64,000 bases of DNA from NCBI GenBank assembly GCA_963797845.1, contig CAWCRE010000007.1, forward strand, positions 13,851 through 77,850, in the 5' to 3' direction. The notes beneath the pieces were generated by a model that did no database searches, was not told the DNA's origin, and saw only the letters and a list, made by a program, of their open reading frames with translations. Below are positions 9,847 through 18,559 of the stretch, piece after piece (position 1 is the first letter of the stretch; the number at the start of each line of letters is the position of its first letter). The position numbers and the translations under genes were made by a program. This DNA is from Terriglobia bacterium. Its GTDB lineage: Bacteria > Acidobacteriota > Terriglobia > Terriglobales > Acidobacteriaceae.

Positions 9847-12258
9847 TCAGGCCGCAGGTTCACTTTCGGGAACTGGCCGTACTGACACGGGTTCGCATTG
9901 CGCGGCGGGCTTCTGGCTCCAGCCCAGCAAATCCAAATAGTCCAGTTCGATCCGCTTGGCGATATCGGCCCAGAGATAGTGTTTCTGGATTCGCTCGCTG
10001 GCTTTGATAGCGGCTTTTACCCGGGCACCAGGATCCTGCACTAGCAGGCGCAGCATGCGCTCGAGGTCGTCAATATTGCCGTGCTGGAAGGTGTATCCGG
10101 CGTCATGGATCAGTTCGACGTTCTCGGGAATGTCGCTGGCCAGGACGCACACGCCCGCGGCCATCGCGTCCAGCAGGGCGAGCGAGAGTCCCTCCAGATC
10201 GGACGGCAGGACGAAGAGCATGGTATTGGTGAGGAGCTCCCGAAGAGCGTCTCCTGCAACATAGTTCAGCAGGCGGACACGGTCGCTCTCGTGTTTTCGA
10301 AGTTTATCGACATACTTATCGGAGTAGCTCGAGCCGCCGGCCAACACGAGCTTGGCAGAGACCTGGGAGCGCTCGAACGCTTCGATCAGGAGATGGCAGT
10401 TCTTCTCGGGTGAAAATCTCCCGAGAAAGAGAATGTAGTTGTCCGGTTCCAGACCCCATTCGGAAAGTTTGCCGTTGGCGATGCGCTTTCGCAATTCTGT
10501 GCCGTTCGGAATACAGGTAGTGTTGGTACGATGAACGGTTTGAAAGTAATTCTCGAGAGTTCGCGAAACGACGATGGTCCTGTCGGGGAAGAGCATGGCG
10601 GCCTTCTCGCCTAACCGAAGAGCAGCGCTGGCGATCCGTCCCCACTTTTTCCGCTGCCAATCGAGACCTTGGACGGTCACAACAGTTTTTTTGCCGGCCA
10701 GGCGAGGGATCCAGGAAAACAGGGCAGGACCGAGCGCATGGTAATGCACGATGTCGGCACGGGTGAAGAGCACGTGAATGCTGCTGAGAAACGTGTGCAC
10801 CAGCGTGTCGAGATGTTTGCTGCGCACGGTAGGCAGGCGCAGCAGTCGCATGCCCTGATGGGACCCGACATCCGGCGTGAAGTAGGTTCTGCAATAGACG
10901 GTGACGTCATGGCCCATCCCGGCGAGTCGTTTGCCCACTTCTTCGTAATAAGCTTCGATTCCGCTGTAGCGGGAAATTACGCCCCTCCCGCCGATGAAGG
11001 CGACATGTAACGGTCGTCCTTCGTTTTCGCTGGCTCGAGAGTGCACCAGTTCCTGATACAAAGCGATCATGCGCTCGTAATGGCGTTGTGGGGAATGGCG
11101 TTCGCGAACCAACCTATACCCGGCTCGGCCCATTTCCCGCGCTAACTCTGGACGGTGGTGAAGCAAATCGATCGCGGCTGCGAGCTGGTCAACGTCGCGC
11201 GGCCGAAACAACAGGCCAGTCTTGCCGTCCTCGACCAGTTCGCGGCGTGAACCGAGATCGGAGGCAATCACGGCCCGCTGCTGCGCATAGGACTCCAGAA
11301 TCGTCTTTCCCAGCGTTTCGTAAGCCCGGGTAGGCAGCACCGTGAAAGCAGACTTTGCGATCAAGCTGGGAAGTTCCTGGGCGTTGACTTGTCCCAGAAA
11401 GCAGACGTTGGTAAGTGCTAATTGCTGCGCGAGGGATTCCAACTCGGCACGCTGAGGTCCCTCGCCGGCAATATCGAGGTGAATATGCGGCAAGCGTTGC
11501 ATGGCCAGCAGAAGCTCCGGCAAACCTTTTTCTGGAGAGAGACGGCCGAAATAGAGGATGGAACGTTCCGGGGCGGGTTCGGGCAATGGGCATTCCGGGA
11601 CAGTTTGGAAGTGAGGGAGAACCTGGATTTGATCTCCGTCCCACCCGTTTTCCATCAGCTTGAATTTCACGAATTGACTGGGCGCGAGGAATTTCGTCAC
11701 ACAGTGTTCGTAAGTTTTCAGCCACTTGTGAACGTAGGCTTCCGCAGCCAGAGCGACCGCCTGCACCGAGTTGTCGTAGCAGTGCTGGCTGACCACGTTG
11801 AAGAACCGCCCGTTGTGGCAGGCGTCGCAAGCGTGTCCCTGGCAGACCAGGTTGTAGCTCGGGCAGAGGAGCTTGAAGTCGTTGAGGTGATAAAGAACGG
11901 GTATTTTCTGCGCTCTCAATTCCCAGAATATGGAAGGAGAGAGATGGTGATAGATGTTGCGCACATGGGCGACGTCGGGTTTGAAATCGGCGATCATGCG
12001 GCGCAAGCGGCGTCGCGCGTCGCGCGAGTAGATGGCGTGAGCGGCTAGCCGAGTTCGGGTGAGAATTCCCTTTGCTTTCTTGAATTCGACGTGGGGAACG
12101 AAGTGATGGTCGTAGGGCGTCGGCTCTCCGCGCCAGTCCTGCATAGAAAACAGCGCCACTTCATGGCCGTGATCGCGAAGGAGTTGCATCAACGAGAACA
12201 TGTAAGCTTCGGTACCGCTGAAGCGAAAGTTGTATTTATTGCAAAACAGAATGCGCAT
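9847..12258 (-). CDS. two-domain glycosyltransferase (GT4-GT4 in one reading frame)
   Basis: Domain 1 runs MRILFCNKYNF...ILYFGRLSPEKGL...LPTRAYETLGKTILESYAQQRAVIASDLGSRRELVEDGKTGLLF. Domain 2 runs LHVAFIGGRGVISRYSGIEAYYEE...ILFLGRFSPEKNCHLL...VLPSDLEGLSLALLDAMAAGVCVLASDIPEN. There is no stop and no frame change at the junction (about 10990-11010). The first 83 codons of the track ORF overlap the upstream gene and are discounted. Confidence 0.8.
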   Translation of the reverse strand: MRILFCNKYNFRFSGTEAYMFSLMQLLRDHGHEVALFSMQDWRGEPTPYDHHFVPHVEFKKAKGILTRTRLAAHAIYSRDARRRLRRMIADFKPDVAHVRNIYHHLSPSIFWELRAQKIPVLYHLNDFKLLCPSYNLVCQGHACDACHNGRFFNVVSQHCYDNSVQAVALAAEAYVHKWLKTYEHCVTKFLAPSQFVKFKLMENGWDGDQIQVLPHFQTVPECPLPEPAPERSILYFGRLSPEKGLPELLLAMQRLPHIHLDIAGEGPQRAELESLAQQLALTNVCFLGQVNAQELPSLIAKSAFTVLPTRAYETLGKTILESYAQQRAVIASDLGSRRELVEDGKTGLLFRPRDVDQLAAAIDLLHHRPELAREMGRAGYRLVRERHSPQRHYERMIALYQELVHSRASENEGRPLHVAFIGGRGVISRYSGIEAYYEEVGKRLAGMGHDVTVYCRTYFTPDVGSHQGMRLLRLPTVRSKHLDTLVHTFLSSIHVLFTRADIVHYHALGPALFSWIPRLAGKKTVVTVQGLDWQRKKWGRIASAALRLGEKAAMLFPDRTIVVSRTLENYFQTVHRTNTTCIPNGTELRKRIANGKLSEWGLEPDNYILFLGRFSPEKNCHLLIEAFERSQVSAKLVLAGGSSYSDKYVDKLRKHESDRVRLLNYVAGDALRELLTNTMLFVLPSDLEGLSLALLDAMAAGVCVLASDIPENVELIHDAGYTFQHGNIDDLERMLRLLVQDPGARVKAAIKASERIQKHYLWADIAKRIELDYLDLLGWSQKPAAQCEPVSVRPVPESEPAA

Positions 12259-13471
12259 GAGGGCGACTCTCCGTGGAGGCGGGTACAAAAGATATAAAAG
12301 TATTTCGGAACTGTTCGAGATTCTTGACGCGATCGAAGTGCTGCGACACATGATGCCGGGCTTCGCGGCGAATTGGTTCCAGCGTTGCCACTGATTCCAG
12401 GATGGATTCAAGTTTTGAAACAAAGTCGTCGAGCGAACCTGGGCGATACAGAAATCCGGTTTGGCCGTCGACGACCAGCTCAGGAATGCCCGTGATGGCG
12501 GGCGCAAGCACCACCTTGCCTTGTGCCATGGCTTCCATCAGGGCGACCGGGATTCCTTCGCTACGGCTGGTGAGGACGACGACATCTGCCATCCCGTAGT
12601 ACCTGGGCAAGTCTGCTTGCGATACATGGCCGAGCAGGCAAACCTGTTGTTCGAGATGCAGAGAGTGGATGAGCCCTTCGAGAGAGCTACGTTCCGGACC
12701 CTCCCCGGCGATCAAACAGAGAAACTGGTTTCCGCGATCGCGGAACTCGCGGCAAGCCCGGATGAGGAAGGCCTGATCTTTGACCGAGTGCAAACGTCCG
12801 ACGGACAAGATTAAAAACGGGTTTTTGTTCGAAGACAGCTCGGGATCAATCCAGGATTTCAGGCGGACACCGAGCCGCTGCACCACAATCTTCTGCAGAT
12901 CAATCAGCGGATAAGCGTGTCGGATGTATTGCCGGTTGAACTCCGAAATGGTGAAGCAGAACTGGCACGCCTGCAGCTTGGATTCCATGTAGGTGGCGTG
13001 TAAAAGCAAGTCCGAGCCATGAAGCGTCATGCTGAAGCCGATACCCAGGGACTGGGCAGCGACCATGCCGATCCACGAAGAAAAATATCCGTGGTGAACG
13101 TGGATATGGTGCACGTCTCGTTCTTTGAGGAGTGCTGCGTAATAAAGGCCAAGAAACGTGTGAGCGAGGGCGCGGACGCGAGTGGAAACTGACTCATTGC
13201 CTTGACGAAGAATCCGCCGCATCAGACGCCGGAGAAGAGGCAGGCGATGAAGTCCGAGCCACACTGCGCGTGGGAGTGCGAACAAGCGGACGGGCAGGAG
13301 CGCGAGGATGGGACCGCCATCCCATAGACGTGCGACTTCGGATGGATTGGTTTTTCGCGCCGTACAAGGAATGACCTGCAGCCCGTTGCGGCGAAGTTCG
13401 AGAATTTCCTCCGCGACGTAAGGCTCGACCGCGCTGGGAAACTGATTGGCGAGATACGCGACTCGCGGCAT
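12236..13471 (-). CDS. glycosyltransferase family 4
   Basis: MPRVAYLANQFPS...ILSVGRLHSVKDQAFLI...VLTSRSEGIPVALMEAMAQGKVVLAPAITGIPELVVDGQTGFLY. Its start overlaps the wzx stop as ATGA. Confidence 0.8.
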   Translation of the reverse strand: MPRVAYLANQFPSAVEPYVAEEILELRRNGLQVIPCTARKTNPSEVARLWDGGPILALLPVRLFALPRAVWLGLHRLPLLRRLMRRILRQGNESVSTRVRALAHTFLGLYYAALLKERDVHHIHVHHGYFSSWIGMVAAQSLGIGFSMTLHGSDLLLHATYMESKLQACQFCFTISEFNRQYIRHAYPLIDLQKIVVQRLGVRLKSWIDPELSSNKNPFLILSVGRLHSVKDQAFLIRACREFRDRGNQFLCLIAGEGPERSSLEGLIHSLHLEQQVCLLGHVSQADLPRYYGMADVVVLTSRSEGIPVALMEAMAQGKVVLAPAITGIPELVVDGQTGFLYRPGSLDDFVSKLESILESVATLEPIRREARHHVSQHFDRVKNLEQFRNTFISFVPASTESRPHAHSVLQ

Positions 13472-14790
13472 CAGGCAATCTCCCATAACTTGACCCATGC
13501 CGCGCCTAAAAGCGGAGCAAAAAGCAGGCCGGTGAATGCCCCCAGAAGCGGCACAAGTTTGCGGTAGGAAATCCTGGTCTGCTCCGCGGGATTTCTTTGC
13601 AGGAGCAAATACGCGAAACAGGCGAGTAATTCAGCCCAGCCGTATCCGATGATTCCCACGCGAGGGACCAGAGCGCGGGTGGCGACGGCGAGCAGGGTGA
13701 CATGGACTCCGTAGACCTGAAAGACGCGCCATTGTCGCCCCATGATGAAGAGAGCAGAGGCTTGCAGGTTGTAAACGGAATTCACCAGCACCCCGGCAGC
13801 GATGAACGGGTACACGGCGAGGCTCGGCATCCAACGCACGCCCAAAACATGTCGTGCCAGGAAGGGTCCGAGCAGAGCGACAGCGCACAACAGAGGACCG
13901 AGCGTTACCAGCTGCAGTTGCAGGCCGCGCTGCAGCATTCCGCGAAATTCCTGCGTGCTCTGCTGCAAGCGCGAGAGCGATGCGATGGCGACGCGCCCGG
14001 CGGCCAGCCGCACCGAACCCAGCGACTCGGCAATGCGAATGGCGAAGGCAACAAAGGCAACGGCTTCTGGCCCGGCGATCCGCCCGACGATAAGGGGATT
14101 GACCAGCGTCCGCAACTGCCAGACCCGCATAGAGGCGGTGAGGCCGAACCCGTATGACATCATTTCGCGGGCTTCAGCCTTGTCAAAGCAGAAACGAGGC
14201 TCGAACTTCGCACAGAAACATGCACCTGCGAAAGCGGACCACTGCCATGCGAGCTGCCCTGCGACTGGCGCCCAGACTCCCGCACCCCGCCACGCCATCG
14301 TCGCCGAAACGATCAGACCCAAGACCTGCCCACAGAGCTCAAGGCTGGCAACGGTGCGGAAGTTCAGTTCCCGCTCCAGTTTCGCGGTCGGGATTCCGGA
14401 AAGTCCTGCGGCGGGGATGCACCACAGCAACACCAGATAAGGAAGAAGAAATTCACGGCTCTGCAACCAGCGGGTGAGCAACGGGGAAATCATTGCCCCA
14501 CCGGCCACCAGCATCAGCGAAACTGCCGCCGTCAATGTGCCGGCGATCTGGAAAGTTCGTGCCGAGGGAGGCGATAACGAACAAACCAGATAGGTGTCGA
14601 TGCCGAGGCGAGCCAGACTGGCGAGAAATGCTGCAATCGCCACGGCAGTGGCGAATGTCCCGTAAGCATGTGGGCCAATCCACCAGGTGAGCACCAGCAT
14701 GTTTCCCAGACTCACAAGAGTGCCAAGGCCATAGCGAGCGGCAAGAAAGCTGCCGTTGCGAAGGCTCTGGTCTGTCTCCTTAACGGGCAT
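13471..14790 (-). CDS. wzx: polysaccharide flippase (Wzx / PST-family, multi-TM)
   Basis: The protein is hydrophobic with about 12 TM helices, and both its position and topology fit a flippase. The start is ambiguous (14790, 14802 or 14838); 14790 gives the smallest overlap with wzy. Confidence 0.7.
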   Translation of the reverse strand: MPVKETDQSLRNGSFLAARYGLGTLVSLGNMLVLTWWIGPHAYGTFATAVAIAAFLASLARLGIDTYLVCSLSPPSARTFQIAGTLTAAVSLMLVAGGAMISPLLTRWLQSREFLLPYLVLLWCIPAAGLSGIPTAKLERELNFRTVASLELCGQVLGLIVSATMAWRGAGVWAPVAGQLAWQWSAFAGACFCAKFEPRFCFDKAEAREMMSYGFGLTASMRVWQLRTLVNPLIVGRIAGPEAVAFVAFAIRIAESLGSVRLAAGRVAIASLSRLQQSTQEFRGMLQRGLQLQLVTLGPLLCAVALLGPFLARHVLGVRWMPSLAVYPFIAAGVLVNSVYNLQASALFIMGRQWRVFQVYGVHVTLLAVATRALVPRVGIIGYGWAELLACFAYLLLQRNPAEQTRISYRKLVPLLGAFTGLLFAPLLGAAWVKLWEIA

Positions 14791-16084
14791 GGACGGCTTC
14801 ATCCTCGATGCGATTTTGGGCGGCGAGTATTCCCGCAAGGGTGAACAGGAGGACGTTCACGAACTGATAATTCATGCCGACGAAGCTTGCATTGATGAAA
14901 TAGACAGCGAGCATGAGCGGCCAAATTGCGCGGAATGGTTGATCGGGAAAACCCTTCCAAGGAAGTTTGAGGCGTTTGCGGCCGAGGCGGAACAGATCGA
15001 AGACCATCCAGAGGTACAGGAACAATCCAAGCAGTCCGTGTTCGACGAGCACCTCCAGGTAAGTGTTGTGAAAGTAGAAAGCTTCCTGGTGGAAGTCGCT
15101 GATGCGCCTTCCCAGTTCCTCGCGCATGCGCTCATATCCCCAGCCCAGCAGTGGTTTCTCGCTGAACATTTCCAGCCCGGCTTGATACATCGAGAGGCGA
15201 AATTCGACCGGGCTGCGATCTTCGAGGCGCTCCGCGATTGCGTTTTCGGACCAACAGGCGAAGCCGACTACACCGATCAGGGCAGCGATGAGTAGACCCA
15301 GACTGGCTCGCCGGATTTCCCTCGATTCCGAAAAGAGCAGAAGCAACAAAACTCCCGCGAAGGAGAGCCAGACCGAGCGCGTCTTTGTAGCGAGGACGGC
15401 TACAGGAAGCGCAGCCAGCAGCGGTAAGAGCAAGGGCCGAGGCAGACGGCGATTGCGAAGCGTGTCAATCGCGATCAAACCCAGTAAAGTCAGAGTCACT
15501 CCATTTGCGACCGCTTGCAGGAACGGGCCTCGGGCGCGATCGGCGTGAATACCCAAATTTTCGTCGAGGATGTACGCGGGCAGGATCGCCCAATTGGCTC
15601 CAACCAGGAAGGCGATGGAAGTTAGAGTGAGATATCCCAGGACAATCAGAGCGAAGATTTCGAATGCCCTGAGAGCTTTTTGCGATGGAAGAATCACAGC
15701 CGCCATTTGGTAAATTACAAACGGAACGAGCCACTTCGCGGCAAACATGCTCCAACTTTCTGCGTTGTAGCCGTGGCAAAAAACATTGCAAGAGGACAGG
15801 ACAAGCAGGCCAGCCATTGGTCGAGTGACCGGACTAAGCAGATGAAAGGGTTGATGCGTGGTCGCAAGATGGATTGCTACTGTGACGCAAACAACCAGGA
15901 ACGCGACACGATCGAATGGAAACGAGTCGAGTCCTGGAGGCCGGAACAGCATCAAGGACAGCATCAGAAGAAATAGCAGCCAGCGGGCATCGATGAGCGC
16001 CTGCAGAGCCCGCAGCCAGACCGTCGCGGCATGGCACAAAACTTCAGCCGGCGCGTCGAACGGCCTGCGGGTGCTCAGTTCCAT
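14780..16084 (-). CDS. wzy: O-antigen ligase/polymerase-like membrane protein (Wzy family)
   Basis: About 10-12 TM helices, with the characteristic large loop ...RLEDRSPVEFRLSMYQAGLEMFSEKPLLGWGYERMRE...FHNTYLEVLVEHGLLG. Confidence 0.7.
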   Translation of the reverse strand: MELSTRRPFDAPAEVLCHAATVWLRALQALIDARWLLFLLMLSLMLFRPPGLDSFPFDRVAFLVVCVTVAIHLATTHQPFHLLSPVTRPMAGLLVLSSCNVFCHGYNAESWSMFAAKWLVPFVIYQMAAVILPSQKALRAFEIFALIVLGYLTLTSIAFLVGANWAILPAYILDENLGIHADRARGPFLQAVANGVTLTLLGLIAIDTLRNRRLPRPLLLPLLAALPVAVLATKTRSVWLSFAGVLLLLLFSESREIRRASLGLLIAALIGVVGFACWSENAIAERLEDRSPVEFRLSMYQAGLEMFSEKPLLGWGYERMREELGRRISDFHQEAFYFHNTYLEVLVEHGLLGLFLYLWMVFDLFRLGRKRLKLPWKGFPDQPFRAIWPLMLAVYFINASFVGMNYQFVNVLLFTLAGILAAQNRIEDEAVHAR

Positions 16085-16198
16085 CTACTGAGACTCCGGC
16101 AGTCCGGCGGCTCTAGCCAGGATCGTGTGAATGCGGCGGATGATCGCATTTCGCATGCGAACGAAGATCGCGAGATATAGGCATGATGGTTGAGACAT
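16085..16198 (-). CDS. 37-aa ORF between the sugar transferase and wzy
   Basis: TAGGAGGA lies 4 nt before the ATG. Translation is MSQPSCLYLAIFVRMRNAIIRRIHTILARAAGLPESQ. Its TAG stop directly abuts the wzy ATG (TAGATG). Confidence 0.35.
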   Translation of the reverse strand: MSQPSCLYLAIFVRMRNAIIRRIHTILARAAGLPESQ

Positions 16199-16206
16199 CG
16201 GTCCTC

Positions 16207-17799
16207 CTAAGCTCCCGTGCCCTGAATGACGACGGACAGGGTTTTCCACAGAATTTTCAGATCCAGTAACAAGCTCCATTCTTCGATGTACTGAAGATCG
16301 AGCGCCATGTTGCGTTGAAACGAGGGATCGCGCCGCGCAGTAACTTGCCACAAGCCAGTGATGCCGGGTGTGACATCGAGCCGTCGAAAATCTTCCAGAC
16401 GGTAGCGGCGGAAGTCATCGAGCGGGTGCGGGCGTGGTCCAACCAGGCTCATGTCTCCGCGAAAGACATTCCAGAGCTGAGGAAGTTCATCGAGACTGTA
16501 TCGCCGGAGAAACCGGCCGAGACCAGTCAGGCGGGGATCGTCGGCAATCTTGAAAAATGGGCCTTCCCGCTGATTACCGGCGCGGAGTTCCTCTTTTCTC
16601 TGCTCGGCGTTCGCAGCCATGGTGCGGAACTTGTGGCAGAGGAACTGCTGCCCTTTTTTTCCCATGCGCGGCGCGCGATAGAGGATCGGGCCGGCAGAAT
16701 CGAGTTTGATCGCCAAGGCAATTGTGAGCATGAGCGGTGAACACAGTAGAAGTGCAACTCCGGACAGAAGACAATCAATGGAGCGTTTCAGAAATAGTTG
16801 GATCGAGGGTGCGGTCTCCGAATGGAGAGTGACCACCGGCACGACGCCAAAGCTTTCGAGTGAATCTCCGAGGGGCGAAAACCCCATCAGATCGGGGACA
16901 ACCTTGATGTCCAGATGATTCTTGCGAGCCTCGCGAATGACTTGTTGGGAGAGGTCCCGCTGGTGCGGAATAGCCAGGACGATTTCGTCCACGAACTGGG
17001 CGCGCGCAATCCTGGTGAGATCGGAGATTTTGCCTCGGACGTCGGGGACCTCAGGGGCGAAGTCGTCCAGGAAACCGCGGAAAAAACGGCCGCCAGGATG
17101 GTGTTCATCGATATATCGGGCAATCTGGATGCCCAAGGTACCGGCGCCCAGGATCAGCACATTGCGGACAGCTCCTGTTTGCGCCAGGCCGCGGCGCCGA
17201 ACGGCCTTCCTCCATGCAAGCATGCCGAAGTAGTTCAACGGTGCACTTGCCAGAAGCAATTCCGCGGGAAGGGCCTGCCACCCGGTGAGGCGAACGAACA
17301 AGACAAAGACCGCGGTGGCCCAGGCGACCGTTTTGCCGAGAATGGCTTCCTCGAATTCTTCGCTTTTAAGACGAACTCGATAGAGGCCTTCGGAGTGCCC
17401 GAGCAGGGTGAGCAATGACCCGTAGATCAGAAGAATTCCTGCCAGCGACGAACCCAGAGCTCGTTGTGCGAAAAGGTTGAGAACGCCGATCGAGATCGTC
17501 AGCAGCATCAAGTCGGCGGCTATGTACCCGACGACCTGGGAGCGTTCCGAATCGCTAGAAGGACGGGGCAAAACGCTGTCCGCGAGAAGCCGGATGACTG
17601 TCGTTTTAGCGGGAGCAGGTTCCGGTTCGCTGCTATTGCCGGCCCAATAGCGTCCGTCGAGGGAGACGGATTGCGATTTGCGCAGCGGCGGAATTCCTGC
17701 TGATTGCTTACCAGGAATTAGCCTGCTTTCCGGCGGGACCCGCAAACTATAGTTCTTGTGTTCAACCACCCCAAGCGAAGACATCTCACGTTGCCCCAC
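16207..17799 (-). CDS. polyprenyl glycosylphosphotransferase (WbaP/EpsB-type priming sugar transferase)
   Basis: N-terminal TM bundle plus a Rossmann-like linker. The C-terminal catalytic block is GPILYRAPRMGKKGQQFLCHKFRTM...FKIADDPRLTGLGRFLRRYSLDELPQLWNVFRGDMSLVGPRPHP...DVTPGITGLWQV. Confidence 0.9.
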   Translation of the reverse strand: MGQREMSSLGVVEHKNYSLRVPPESRLIPGKQSAGIPPLRKSQSVSLDGRYWAGNSSEPEPAPAKTTVIRLLADSVLPRPSSDSERSQVVGYIAADLMLLTISIGVLNLFAQRALGSSLAGILLIYGSLLTLLGHSEGLYRVRLKSEEFEEAILGKTVAWATAVFVLFVRLTGWQALPAELLLASAPLNYFGMLAWRKAVRRRGLAQTGAVRNVLILGAGTLGIQIARYIDEHHPGGRFFRGFLDDFAPEVPDVRGKISDLTRIARAQFVDEIVLAIPHQRDLSQQVIREARKNHLDIKVVPDLMGFSPLGDSLESFGVVPVVTLHSETAPSIQLFLKRSIDCLLSGVALLLCSPLMLTIALAIKLDSAGPILYRAPRMGKKGQQFLCHKFRTMAANAEQRKEELRAGNQREGPFFKIADDPRLTGLGRFLRRYSLDELPQLWNVFRGDMSLVGPRPHPLDDFRRYRLEDFRRLDVTPGITGLWQVTARRDPSFQRNMALDLQYIEEWSLLLDLKILWKTLSVVIQGTGA

Positions 17800-17830
17800 T
17801 CAGTTCCTTACGGGTTTGCGCGAAACAAAC

Positions 17831-18559
17831 TCAAAGTTTTCGATACAGCCGCTCGGGAATGGGGAAGGTCCTCTCGCAAAGGATTGCTCCGAGCAGCCTG
17901 GCGTTCGCCTGACGGAGGGTGAACTGGCTTTTTCGCGCCGCAGCGCGACGGGTGGCGTTTGCGGCGATGGTCAGGATGACTCCATCCGTCAACGAACCAA
18001 GCAGAGCTGCCTCGCTCGAACCATTGACCGGAGGAGCGTTGATGAGCACATAGTCAAACTCGAGCCTCAACTCACTTAGCCGCCCACGCAGCCACCAAGC
18101 GGAAAGGCCTTCGGTATGGCCAGCAAGGAAGACGTAGCCGGGAACGAGCCATAAGTTCGAGAGAATCTGGCGGGAGGACCTTCGCAACACAGCAGGCCTA
18201 TTATCAGAATCGGTCTGCTCCGGCTGGTTCCTCCCAAAACTAGTTTCTGCGATGCTGCCGAGAGGGGAAACTTCCACGACCGCAACGTTGCCGGGGATCT
18301 CCGCCGCCATCATCTTGCCGATGCGAACTGCGGTGGAAGCAACATCGATCCCCTCATCGATGGTGCTTAAGACAACCTGCCGTGCGGGGCGCGGCCATCC
18401 AGGCAGGAAGATCTGCCGCACTAAACCTCGAAGCTGCTCTTGCTCGAAACGATCCGAGTTCCATAAAGCCGGCAAGGTGTCGGGAAGGGTTTGGACCTCG
18501 CTTTCGAGAAGATCCGGAGGTCTGAGCAACCCTTGCAGGATTTCGGCGTGGGTACTCAT
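17831..18559 (-). CDS. BY-kinase/MinD-fold protein with degenerate Walker motifs (predicted inactive)
   Basis: The layout matches CpsD/Wzc C-domains. Walker A is replaced (VLSTIDEGIDVASTAV where xxGEGKST is expected). Walker B is DYVLINAPP (IID to IN). There is no C-terminal Tyr cluster. Its start overlaps the PCP stop as ATGA. Confidence 0.6.
   Translation of the reverse strand: MSTHAEILQGLLRPPDLLESEVQTLPDTLPALWNSDRFEQEQLRGLVRQIFLPGWPRPARQVVLSTIDEGIDVASTAVRIGKMMAAEIPGNVAVVEVSPLGSIAETSFGRNQPEQTDSDNRPAVLRRSSRQILSNLWLVPGYVFLAGHTEGLSAWWLRGRLSELRLEFDYVLINAPPVNGSSEAALLGSLTDGVILTIAANATRRAAARKSQFTLRQANARLLGAILCERTFPIPERLYRKL

Noticed and set aside
12259-12507. 83-codon N-terminal extension of the double-GT4 ORF
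   Set aside because: It overlaps the 3' end of the upstream GT4 gene in another frame and has no GT-like sequence. MRILFCNKYNF at 12258 is a typical GT4 N-terminus.
10316-14440. Long antisense or alternative-frame ORFs across the EPS genes (for example 10316-10894, 11189-11830, 11422-12048, 13702-14157, 13802-14440)
   Set aside because: They are shadow ORFs typical of GC-rich DNA, Arg/Pro/Ala/Gly-rich and without motifs, and each lies opposite or overlapping a gene with clear family signatures. The same reasoning applies to 25715-26245, 27446-28261, 36090-36698, 44620-45750, 46652-47593, 51281-51787, 60781-61545 and 63151-63966.
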